From Thermofilaceae archaeon (GTDB taxonomy: Archaea; Thermoproteota; Thermoprotei; Thermofilales; Thermofilaceae), in contig JAWCCZ010000006.1 in NCBI GenBank assembly GCA_038861545.1, forward strand, positions 1-64,000: a stretch of 64,000 nt of DNA, given 5' to 3'. A program made the translations under genes and the position numbers. The number at the start of each line of letters is the position of its first letter. Position 1 is the first letter of the stretch. This document shows, one piece after another, positions 30,044 through 40,100 of the stretch. The notes below the pieces were generated by a model. That model saw only the letters and a program-made list of their open reading frames with translations, made no database searches and was not told the DNA's origin.

Positions 30044-30164
30044 ACATAGAAGATAAAGGCTGTCATAATGTTTACTACCTTCTACTTCGTTATTAAAGTT
30101 GAGCTAGTGGCTTCTCTTTTATAAAACCAGGTCCTAAACGCCTCATACCAGAGATTACATTTTC

Positions 30165-30574
30165 TTTCCTCGGGGCTCTCATTATCCCTAGTTTAGCAGC
30201 TTGTATCCTAGGCCTTATTATCGTAGGAAGCTAGGGGTAGTTCCCCGCGCGCTGCTACCGCTAGAATTATTTTGTCGTTAAAGTGTGAAAGGGAAAGTTC
30301 TTTTTCGACAAGTGTGTTGAGCGCCTACTTTACATCATTTATCTCCTTCATAATAAGAAGGTTTTTCATCAGTCATGTATCCGAACACTTTCTCGTATAC
30401 TATCCTAGTATCGACGAATAGGCCTTTTAGGAACTCTACATACTTAAAAACCACAATCATGGGGATAAGCCAGCGATTGAGCATATCTAGCAGGCTAACG
30501 GTGTTCCTGTGGTATAATGAGTCCTTGAAGGTATCGTAAATTAACATGATTGTATCGATTACAGCTTCATGCAA
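30165..30574 (-). pseudogene. PIN-domain (VapC-like) toxin pseudogene
   Basis: AVIDT N-terminus in ORF 30335-30574; continues in shifted frames as DVK*ALNTL..FNDKIILAVA..LASYD..RIQAAKLGI. 3' end approximate. Confidence 0.8.
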
Positions 30575-30794
30575 GTGCTTCGCCTAACCCTTTAACTATT
30601 AACACTTTAATCTCATCTCGGGTGAGCATTCTACCAGTTGTTAGCTTCTTCCTATCTCTCTTGATTTTTCCATAATGATTCTCCCGCTCTCATTTAGGTA
30701 TACTTCCAAGTAATCTCCAACTTGAATACCAACGCTATCACGGACATCCTTTAGAAGTGTAACTTAATAACTTATAGTAACTTTAACGCTCCAT
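30567..30794 (-). pseudogene. AbrB/MazE-type (VapB-like) antitoxin pseudogene
   Basis: Manual translation VKVTISY*VTLLKDVRDSVGIQVGDYLEV..GRIIMEK (TAA in place of the conserved Gln) plus frameshifts; stop overlaps the toxin start (ATGA). Confidence 0.75.
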
Positions 30795-30908
30795 TAGTAT
30801 GAATTAACCTCTACTTTTTTTAGTTTTCTCGGTAATTTTTCTCTGAAGCGTAAACTGCACGCAAAACTAAATTCTAAGAGTACAAAAAGAGGTGCTCTTA
30901 TCCTTAAA

Positions 30909-32165
30909 TTACCAATGGTCTATCAGCCATATATGCATCAGTTTAGGGGGAAACAATTCTTTAAGTAGGCGCAGGATCCTTTTAGCAGGCACATCAGCCT
31001 TCACGATAGAGTTCAGTAGGAGCTTCTCTGCGCTTGAACAACCAAAGAGGAATTTATTGAAAGTTTCCGGATCTAGGTCCACTACTGCACCCACAGAGTT
31101 CCCGCCCTTTTCTGCTTCTCCCTCTTTCACTGATATAGTAACAGACTCACTACGGTACTTTAGTTTAAGTGTTAGCCCATCCAGAAAGGCAGTTTTACAT
31201 GTAAATATGTTTTCAAGAACTGCCTTGAAGTTTAAAATTTCACACATGAATACTCCGCCGCCTCCCTGTGCGCGGAAACGACTGAATAATCGGGCGTAAT
31301 CGGCTCCCGGGATTTTTGGGGCACGTATGTATCGCGCCCCCTCTTCAGATGCACGTTTCACGATATATGTGTAAAGTGCTTGAAGCGCATCGGTTCGCCC
31401 TGGTAAAGCTATTAGTTCTGCTATACCAAAGCCTTCGGGATCCCATGGTACTTTAGCTGCCACAGCGTAGCCAATTACTTCATCCCCCTCTTCCGCTACG
31501 GCAAAATTTCTTGGACTGCGCGGCAGGTAAAAGAAGCTATGGTATGCGGTACGTGCAAACATTTTCTCTCTGTACTCAGACTCAGATCTTATAGGCCACC
31601 CGGTGTAGAGGCTACCCGAAGTCTCATACACTTTTCTTACATGTTCGACGTCACGCTCTTCTGCTTCCCTCACCTCGATCCAACGAACTTCTCGCATGTT
31701 TTCTTGAGCGTCCCAGATAGGGGCGATCCACCAACTGTCGAGACAGATATCAACATAACCTAATCTCCTATAGATCCTTTGTGGACTGCTTGCATAGCCT
31801 GTGAACAGAGCTGTAAGCGGGAATCCCTTTTGCTTGTAATCCTCCATCACATAGCTTAATAGTCTGGATGCGTAACCCTTACCTCTATACTCAGGATCTG
31901 TTGATACATTAGCTATTCCAGCTGTCTTCAAAATCCCAGCAGATGTACGCAGCCTTTTCTCGACTACTTGAACGTGAGAAATCGGTTTTCCATCGATTTC
32001 GAGTAGATAAGCCCCTTCAAGCTTAAACCCCTCATTTAACTTAGCCAGTTCTAGCCATTTAGAGCTATCGAGCCCGTAACTGTTATATGTTCCGAAACAC
32101 TTCCTAAGGAGATTAGCTATAGTTTCTTCATCACCAGGCCTGTAGGTTCTAATACTCTCTGTCAC
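30909..32165 (-). CDS. Eis-like GNAT acetyltransferase (two GNAT domains + SCP2-like C-terminus)
   Basis: GIANVSTDPEYRGKGYASRL, IYRRLGY; second GNAT fold; ISVKEGEAE..DLDPETF tail. Confidence 0.85.
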   Translation of the reverse strand: MTESIRTYRPGDEETIANLLRKCFGTYNSYGLDSSKWLELAKLNEGFKLEGAYLLEIDGKPISHVQVVEKRLRTSAGILKTAGIANVSTDPEYRGKGYASRLLSYVMEDYKQKGFPLTALFTGYASSPQRIYRRLGYVDICLDSWWIAPIWDAQENMREVRWIEVREAEERDVEHVRKVYETSGSLYTGWPIRSESEYREKMFARTAYHSFFYLPRSPRNFAVAEEGDEVIGYAVAAKVPWDPEGFGIAELIALPGRTDALQALYTYIVKRASEEGARYIRAPKIPGADYARLFSRFRAQGGGGVFMCEILNFKAVLENIFTCKTAFLDGLTLKLKYRSESVTISVKEGEAEKGGNSVGAVVDLDPETFNKFLFGCSSAEKLLLNSIVKADVPAKRILRLLKELFPPKLMHIWLIDHW

Positions 32166-32280
32166 GAATTTTTTAAAAATATCCTAGTAATTATTACTAC
32201 CGACGCTTAAATCATGACGCGTAGTGGAAGGGCGCGTAAGCTGCTGGGAAGGTTTAAAGGGCTACCAGCTACTTTACCGC

Positions 32281-32336
32281 GGGCAGTGACGTAAAACGCC
32301 TTTCTGAGGTTGATGAACGGAAGTACCTCTGAGCCC
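32281..32336 (+). ncRNA. Candidate box C/D guide sRNA
   Basis: GGGC/GCCC terminal stem; degenerate C GTGACGT 32286-92, D' CTGA 32304-07, C' TTGATGA 32310-16, D CTGA 32329-32; 11-12 nt guides; TTTAAA box at 32253; intergenic. Confidence 0.7.
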
Positions 32337-32364
32337 ATCATTTAGAAAGCCTTGTACCAATCTA

Positions 32365-33213
32365 TCAACTTGTCAAAATTCTTTTCAAAGCTTTTAGGTT
32401 GTCGCGAGCTGCTTTTATCCCGTCCTCAGGGTATGTGGGCTTATCGAGGTCTGGGTAAAACTCGGGCGGGCATTCAACGTTAAGGAAACTATCATACCCA
32501 GCTTCTTTCAACAGCTTGATAACATTCGGCCAGTCAATGCTACCTTTACCAACGTGGCGGAAGCCTCTGATGCCGCCAATATTTAAATCAAAATCCTTAA
32601 CGTGGACCATCGCGATCCGACCCTTAAGCAACCGGATCCAGTGTTCATGGTACCCTAAGGCTACCAGGTTTCCTACATCGAGGTAAGCTTGAACATAATC
32701 CGATTCTATTTCATCAATGAACCTTCGAAACTCGAAGGGGCTATACAAGAATTTATTCCAGACATTTTCAACCCCGATAATTACACCAAGGTCTTCAGCA
32801 ATTTCTGCGGCTTTTCTAAGAGAAATCTTCGCGTTATCGTACAGCGCCTCATAAGGTACGTCAGGTCTAGCTACACCTGGTACGACGAGGAGAACATCCG
32901 AGTCTAGATCCCTGGCTAACTCTAATCCCATTCTAACGTAATCCAGCCCGATCCCCCTTTCCCTTTCATCAAGAGAGCCCAAGTTGTACTTCCAGAACAC
33001 ACCGGTGGCAACACTCGGGATCTTAAGGCCTACCTCCTTAATCTTAAGGCGTTCCTCCCCAGCTATGGAACGGGGGTTTAGTAGACCATCATCAAATATC
33101 ACCTCTACACCTTCGTAGCCTAATTCTTTGGTCACGTTAACAGCCCAGACGAGATCAGGCCTAGCCTTATATCCGAACCCAAGCAAAGTCCACAAATTTA
33201 AGCCAGTTTTCAC
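32365..33213 (-). CDS. Sugar phosphate isomerase/epimerase (xylose-isomerase-like TIM barrel)
   Basis: GYEGVE, VENVWNKFL, DVGN, HVKDF, NVE metal-ligand set. Confidence 0.9.
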   Translation of the reverse strand: MKTGLNLWTLLGFGYKARPDLVWAVNVTKELGYEGVEVIFDDGLLNPRSIAGEERLKIKEVGLKIPSVATGVFWKYNLGSLDERERGIGLDYVRMGLELARDLDSDVLLVVPGVARPDVPYEALYDNAKISLRKAAEIAEDLGVIIGVENVWNKFLYSPFEFRRFIDEIESDYVQAYLDVGNLVALGYHEHWIRLLKGRIAMVHVKDFDLNIGGIRGFRHVGKGSIDWPNVIKLLKEAGYDSFLNVECPPEFYPDLDKPTYPEDGIKAARDNLKALKRILTS

Positions 33214-33355
33214 ACAGTTAAGTTGAAAGCAATGGTTAAAAGCTATTACGGTCCTCTAGTTATTACATTAGAAGCGCTCACTTAAATTAATAGTTTTTGA
33301 AAAGTTACCTGGAAGAAAATATACTTATGGATAAAACACTAAAATCTTTCTTATC

Positions 33356-34846
33356 TTAACCCTCTTTTGCTTTACCTTTTTTTCTAAGTATTAAAATCGC
33401 CCCAGCCACTATCACTACGGCAGCCACTGCTATAGCTATCTGAGTAAAGGAAATTCCGCCTCCAGTTCCCGGTACCGTTATCTCGACTTGCGGTTTAAGA
33501 CCAGCTGTTTCTAATGGTGGGATTACTGCGCCGGTGAACCAAAGCCCTTGATATTCTGGGTACCTGGGCCAGGAATTCACCTGTATAAGTAGTTCTTTAT
33601 CACTTCTTAACTTATGTATTCCAGGTAATGTGAAGAGGTATGGAGCATCTGCTCTAACCTTTACTGTCATTGTATCATCAATTAAAACCGTAGCATCCTC
33701 TTTTGAGTAAAAGTATACTTCTAAACTTGCATTTGAAGGAAACTGTACAAGGATATCCTCGTTTGGTTTCAGTGTATAGAACATTGTTGATCGCGGGTAA
33801 CCGCAGTACCAGCCTCCACCCATTCCTGCATTCTCAATCTCTATGCTTCCGTTATGCATAAACCAGATTGAAACTGGCTTTTCGCTGACTAATGCTATAG
33901 CGTAGGCGTTTGGTCTAAGCATTATGCCTGAGCCGCCAGGAATGTTAAAGTCGTCAATCTTAGTACCGGTTTCTAGATCATAAAGCGTTACCTTTGTATT
34001 CTCTATAGACAGAACCTTAAACCCGTAATCTCTGACTTTATCCCATCCCCACTCTATTGCTTTGAAAGCCCTAGTAAGGTAGAATTTCCCTTGGAAGCCA
34101 CCTTCAACTGAGGGGATCACGAAGCTTGTCGTCTCATAGGTTCCTATTCCAGGTATAGCCCCGGACATGACCATTATATTCCCAGTAGACTTGATTCTAT
34201 AAGCTCTGAAAGGAGCAAGTGTAGTATATTTATATTCGTTAGCTTTAAGTTTTAAAGATGTTGTTTGTCCATCATCTCTTTCAATAGTTACCTCTGCAGG
34301 CTCGACGGCCAGTATTGTGTAGTCGGTGGCCGTCAGAGACCCCTGTAGAGCCACAAATACGAATTCCTTGCCCACATATATCCCCTCAACGCTGTAGTAA
34401 AAACTATGAACCGTTGGCGGTAAAATTGGAAGCGGGAACTTAGGGGTCTGGTTGTAGTTCACCAGCTGAACCGTAACAGGCTTACTTGCTACGACTTTGA
34501 AGATAGTGTTGTTTTTAAGCAGCAAATACAATGGTTCTAAGCTTTTCAACGTAGCTTTTGCGATTAATTGGTTATACGTTAGATTATAGACCTCAACTTG
34601 TACTCCATCTTCTCCGGATACAATCGTTAAAAGCGATAAAGTGACTGGGCTGTTATATACAACCCAATCGTAAGGGGTCTGGCATGCAGGTTGTGACTGC
34701 CAATCCGCTGGCCTGTATTGCCATATTTTAGCCGGCACTTTACCGTAATAGGTATATACCGGCTGTCCATGGGAAATATAAGCGTATACGAAGAATATAG
34801 TTAAAAAAACCAAATAATAAGATGCAAAGTATCTTCTTTTTATCAT
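33356..34846 (-). CDS. Secreted, C-terminally anchored beta-repeat surface protein (IgGFc-binding-domain-like)
   Basis: Signal peptide; four repeats of about 90-100 aa; G-rich linker, TM helix, RKKGKAKEG tail. Domain name is tentative. Confidence 0.75.
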   Translation of the reverse strand: MIKRRYFASYYLVFLTIFFVYAYISHGQPVYTYYGKVPAKIWQYRPADWQSQPACQTPYDWVVYNSPVTLSLLTIVSGEDGVQVEVYNLTYNQLIAKATLKSLEPLYLLLKNNTIFKVVASKPVTVQLVNYNQTPKFPLPILPPTVHSFYYSVEGIYVGKEFVFVALQGSLTATDYTILAVEPAEVTIERDDGQTTSLKLKANEYKYTTLAPFRAYRIKSTGNIMVMSGAIPGIGTYETTSFVIPSVEGGFQGKFYLTRAFKAIEWGWDKVRDYGFKVLSIENTKVTLYDLETGTKIDDFNIPGGSGIMLRPNAYAIALVSEKPVSIWFMHNGSIEIENAGMGGGWYCGYPRSTMFYTLKPNEDILVQFPSNASLEVYFYSKEDATVLIDDTMTVKVRADAPYLFTLPGIHKLRSDKELLIQVNSWPRYPEYQGLWFTGAVIPPLETAGLKPQVEITVPGTGGGISFTQIAIAVAAVVIVAGAILILRKKGKAKEG

Positions 34847-34931
34847 GGGAATTTTTACCCTAAGAGTTCTTTTTAAAGGTTATGGTTTTATTACAACAAA
34901 TCTTAAATACTTCGCTTTTTAATGAACCCTT

Positions 34932-36941
34932 ATGGGCACAGAAACGAAAAGTGAAGTAAAAACTGCATTAAAACCGTCTCTCTGGGCCGGTTTAGCAGTC
35001 TTTTCCCTGGTAATGAGCCTTATTGGAGTGCTTACTGCCCCCTTCGGTCCTAGCTGGATGTTCTCGATGGTTATCGGTACATTTACTGCACCTATCGTCG
35101 TTCTCTTCATATTCCTTTTGCTTTCAAGAGTTACCGGTATTTCAGCATCGCCGCAGACTTTAGCATTACTTTATGCCGCGGCTTCTATGTCCATAGCCTT
35201 CTGCTACAGTATGATACCGTACGGTATAATACACAATGCGGCCGCCCTCCGGATGAACCAGTATAATTGGCATCCGACGAATTGGGCTGTTCCAAATTAC
35301 TGGGTTTTCGGTCCAATAGTTTCTGATCCAGCGGAAATGACTCCAATTACTACGGGAGGCCCAGTCCCATTGGATAAATGGACACCATTCCTAACATGGT
35401 GGATCACATACACAATACTATGGCTACTATTCTTCACAGGCTGGATAGGGCTACTATATGATAGGTGGATAGAGGTAGAGAGGCTGCCTTACCCTGCCTC
35501 ATTAACTGGTACTATGCAGATCGAGCTAATATCCAGTAAAGGTAAAGACCCAAGAATCAAGTACTTTATGCTTGGTGTTTTACTCGGAGCGATAACAATA
35601 ATTCCAATCATAGCTACTTATCTAAACCCTGCGATCCCCGATATTTACGGCTGGACTAGAGAACCATTCTTACCATGGTTCTTAGGTACAATGGACTTCT
35701 CCAGATCACCGCTTGGTGCCGCTATACCTGTGATAGCATTCTTACCTGTTAACCCAATGATCTATTCGCTATTCTACCTAATGCCGACGAAAACCCTGTT
35801 TACGATCTGGGCATTCTCATTATTCGGCATAATGATACCGAGCCAAATTGCGTTTTACATGGGATACTACAGCGACTTACCAACAATGGCGAACAGATTC
35901 CACGCATTCATGAACGGAGCACCATTCCGATGGAACGGATGGTGGATAGGCGTCTACTTCGGCTTATTCCTGATATGGTTTGCGCTGAACATCAGGTACA
36001 TGAGAGATATCTTTATGAGAGATGCTCCGGAGCGAGCGCTCCCCGGCAAGCTCGGTACTGTAATGATTATAGGTTCAACAGCAGCGCTTATCGCAATGCT
36101 TATCGTAGCCGGAGCCAACCCAATAGGGGCTCCCTTGATAGTTTTGACAATGTGGTTGCTGTTTATGTCCTCTGCAAGAGTTCTAGGTAATGCTAGCCTA
36201 GTTGGAACAGCTTGGGGCTTCCCGATAGATTGGACTCACCTTCCTAGCTTAGTTAAGTACCTTTACATACCGGATCCCGGCTACATTACAGCACCAGATG
36301 GATCACAAGTTAGACCACCAGAAATGGTAGCAACTCTATGGCTAGCAAACAGATGGACCGGCGAACTAATGGCCGAGAATAATACTAACTTCGGTATGGC
36401 TTTTGCTATCCCGCTATGCTATAAGGTTGGCTTTGACACCAAAACTCACCCAAGAGATATTACGAAGGTAATTCTAACTTCAGGTATAATTTCGGCCGTG
36501 GTCGGTTACACGGTTGGTCTATGGTTCAGCTATGCCGCAGGTACAAATAACACTAGGATGGGGATGTTCGACGCTTGGTGGCACTGGGTATTTGGAGCTC
36601 CGTGGAGCAAAGTTGAAGAACAGTTTATAGCTGAGCCGTTATTACCTTACATAGCTGCTGGCTTCATACTGATACTTTTAATCAGCTTCCTCAACTTCCG
36701 CTTCGTCTGGTGGCCACTAGACCCCGTCGGCGTAGCGATGGCTTTCGGTGCTTCTGGAACTGGTTGGATAATACCGGCTTTCGTAGCATGGATAGTGAAA
36801 AGGCTCATATACCGTATTGGCGGTGCAAAGCTTGATGAGAGTACAGTTACGCCGATAGTGGTAGGATTCCTTGTCGGCTACTGGGTAATGGTTTTCATCG
36901 GCGGAATAGGTTCAATGATACAGTTCTTCTTACCGAAGTAA
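34932..36941 (+). CDS. OPT-superfamily-like (DUF6785/DUF6784-type) polytopic membrane protein
   Basis: 669 aa, many TM helices; RWIEVERLPYP, WWPLDPVG, AWIVKRLIYRIGG, PIVVGFLVG. Confidence 0.8.
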   Translation: MGTETKSEVKTALKPSLWAGLAVFSLVMSLIGVLTAPFGPSWMFSMVIGTFTAPIVVLFIFLLLSRVTGISASPQTLALLYAAASMSIAFCYSMIPYGIIHNAAALRMNQYNWHPTNWAVPNYWVFGPIVSDPAEMTPITTGGPVPLDKWTPFLTWWITYTILWLLFFTGWIGLLYDRWIEVERLPYPASLTGTMQIELISSKGKDPRIKYFMLGVLLGAITIIPIIATYLNPAIPDIYGWTREPFLPWFLGTMDFSRSPLGAAIPVIAFLPVNPMIYSLFYLMPTKTLFTIWAFSLFGIMIPSQIAFYMGYYSDLPTMANRFHAFMNGAPFRWNGWWIGVYFGLFLIWFALNIRYMRDIFMRDAPERALPGKLGTVMIIGSTAALIAMLIVAGANPIGAPLIVLTMWLLFMSSARVLGNASLVGTAWGFPIDWTHLPSLVKYLYIPDPGYITAPDGSQVRPPEMVATLWLANRWTGELMAENNTNFGMAFAIPLCYKVGFDTKTHPRDITKVILTSGIISAVVGYTVGLWFSYAAGTNNTRMGMFDAWWHWVFGAPWSKVEEQFIAEPLLPYIAAGFILILLISFLNFRFVWWPLDPVGVAMAFGASGTGWIIPAFVAWIVKRLIYRIGGAKLDESTVTPIVVGFLVGYWVMVFIGGIGSMIQFFLPK

Positions 36942-37166
36942 ACTAAAGTAAACTATCTATTTTTTATAAAGTTTCTAGTTCAGAAATAATTAAATTCTAA
37001 CAATTTTAGTTTTTCTAAGACAAAGTGAAGAAAAATAATAATAATTTATATTATTGCTGAATTTTATTAACTTTTGATAGTCTATGATGAAAAGAAGTTT
37101 CTCTTCTTTTAAACATTTTATGAAGCAAGCTATATAAGGAGGTAACCTACACCAAACCGATTAGAA

Positions 37167-40100
37167 ATGTCAATTCGAAAAGCTCCGAGTTTGCTGCTTA
37201 TTTTCCTGCTAGTAGTGTCTACGCTAACGTTGCCGGCTTATCTAGTAGGTGCTCAACCAAGTAGTATTCCAATTTCCGAACTCGTCGGGCTGGTTAAACT
37301 CGATGAAATACTTCAACATACTAAGTATTTTTCTAATTTAGATTCGAGAGTCACAGGCTACGATGGTTTTTATCAAGCGGCTGAATATATCAAGGAATAT
37401 TGGAGTGGTCTTGGGTTTACTGTCAGAGAAGAGCCTTTTGATGTTGCTATTCCTATAGTGAAGGATGCCAGTATATCCGTTGACGTACCTGGAGCGGGTT
37501 TGGTAAAATACTCTGCCTACCCTTTATGGCCAAATCACGTTAACCCTTGTCCATACGTTAGTCCGGTTTCGGGAGATAAACTGGTTTACGCTGGTAAAGG
37601 GGGGTTAGAAGACTTTGACGGAGTAGACGTAGAGGGGGCATTTGTTTTGGTCGAATTCAATAACAGATGGTACTGGAAGTACGCCGCTATGTTTAAGGCT
37701 AAAGGAGTAATTTTCATCGAGCCGGACGATACAAGCGTTACTGAAGCTCTGCAGAAGGTTCTTAGTGTACCTGTAAACTTCCCCAGACTTTTTGTAAGTA
37801 AAAATGTAGGCGCCGAGCTTAAAGAACTTTTAAAAAAGCATAGCGAGCTCAAAGTATGGGTCAACTCAGAGGTAGAATGGGAGAGAAGGAGAGTAGCCAA
37901 TATTATAGCTACTATTGAAGGTACTAACCCCGATTTAAAGGACGAAGTGGCTGTCGTAGGAGCTTACTACGATTCCTGGTCTATAACACCTCAACTCTCC
38001 CCTGGAGCTACAGATGCAATCGGAATAAGCTTCCTTCTCGAGCTATCCCGCCTCCTGAAAGAACGCCCTGCGCGAAGGACTGTTTGGTTAGTGGCATTTG
38101 CTGGCCACTACCAAGCGCTAGCTGGGGCTAGAGAGTTCGTTGATAGTCATTTTGGCGAATTAGGGAGTAAAGTAAAAATGATGATAACGTTAGATCTTGC
38201 TAGTGATAGCGACGTTGTTGCAGCTTACGCTGCTGGAGCAATGTATGGCTATAACCGGCCTAGAGACATCCTGCCACAATACGATAGCTGGATGAACAGC
38301 ATCGTAAGCTTGGCTAGAAATATCGAAAATATAACTGGGGAGCCGGCACGCCTTATAGATGGTGTCCGCTGGACCTGGCCTCCATGGGCTGTCAGCTCGC
38401 CGCCTTTCGAGCCTTTTCTAAGGTACTTTGAAGCTGAGGTATTCACTAAAGCCTGCTATGGAGGTGGGCTTGCTTTCGTAACTACCAACGCGCTCCGGAA
38501 ATACCAGTGGACATTCATGGATACCTTCGAGAAGTTACGCTTGGAAAATCTGCGTAGACAATTAATTGTTTTAGCTCCAGTGATTTATCATTCACTGGAC
38601 ATGGAAAGAATACCTTATTCGCTTTACCCAAGGAGAATAGGAGCCGTTGATCATGGACTGGTGTCGGTCACGCTGCAGCTCGGTAAGTATAATAAAACTA
38701 CTAACATGTTTGACGACTATGCTCACAAGGATGCTTTAATCTTTGTTTCAGTTAGCCCGATAATGAGTGGAGCAGCTGGAATTTTAGCAGTTGGTTTTCA
38801 GCCTGCCGCCGCCGTAGGTTCATCTCAGAGTATCACTGTCCAAGGTGCAACCGTAGGTTTATTTGCAGCTTCATCCCCCGTTAGTGGAACTACAGTCACA
38901 GCCGCATCAATAAATACACCGGTAGGGTTCACGTTAATCCTCAAACCGGATGAAACTGGCAGGGTTGAGCTGAAAAGTATAATGCCTTTAACCGCCGTTG
39001 ATGCTCAAGCCTACGTAGTTGACTCAAGGACAGGCGAGGTGCTGAGCGCGACCGACACGGGTCCTTTCGGCACCGGTGTGTTTAGGCTTGGCGGGCTCTT
39101 CGGTGCAGCTGGCGCAATCGCGGCACCGTTGCTTTCACCGATGATGGGCGGACTCGGCTACTTAGCGGAAGCAGGCGCCTATGCGAGAGCTTTCACAGTA
39201 CAGGTGCCCCGCGGCCACAGGTATATTCCACTGTTTAATTGCTCTTCAATCGTCTTCATAGGCTTTTATGATCCGCTTTTGTTGTACGGTCCCCAAGGTT
39301 TATCTTTTGAGCCACTCAGCTTTATCTCACACAGCTATCTTGTTTGGAGAGATGTTTTAACAACCTGGCCCGAGGCTATGGCTTTTGTAGAACCAGAAGT
39401 ACCTGTTGAAGTATTGATTAGAAGTCAAGGAAGAGTTATAGCAGTTCTCAATAATGCTAGCGAAGCGAATCCGAATGGCCAGGGATATACTCTGCCTTGG
39501 GGTAAGACACTGGTGCTCACAGCGGTTGATGCTGTATTGAACACGTACCGGTTAGCTGAATACAGAGGGGGTTTCCTAGAGAGTAGGATGACAAGCAGTC
39601 CAAGGATGCTTCTTTACTTGGATACTATGAGAAAATACTTAGTTGCAGCTAAAAGTGCTCTAGATAAAGGCAGTAAAAGTATTTTTGTGAAATATGTTTT
39701 AGCGGCTTGGCAATTTGTTATCGGGTCCTACGATTCCACGATTTCCCTGCTTTTTGATGTTTCTCAAACTGCGGTCTTTTTCTTCTTCCTCTCGATAGCC
39801 TTCGCGCTTTTAGCCAGCAGGTTCATGGGTAGAATGGTTTCCGGAAAGAAGCAGACCCTTTATACTTTAGTTGTGTTGATAACCGCTAACGCGGCAGTAG
39901 CTTTTGTACACCCCGGTTACACGATTTCAAATAATGTTTGGATGCTTGTAAGCGGTGTCTCTGTCATCCTCTTCTTGGCACTCGTCCTATACACGGTTAG
40001 CGACGAGTTCAACACAGCTATATCCGAACTGAGTACGTCCATACTTGGATTCCATAGAGCTGATGTGAGAAGGGGATCTATACTTCCCTCGGCAATCTCC

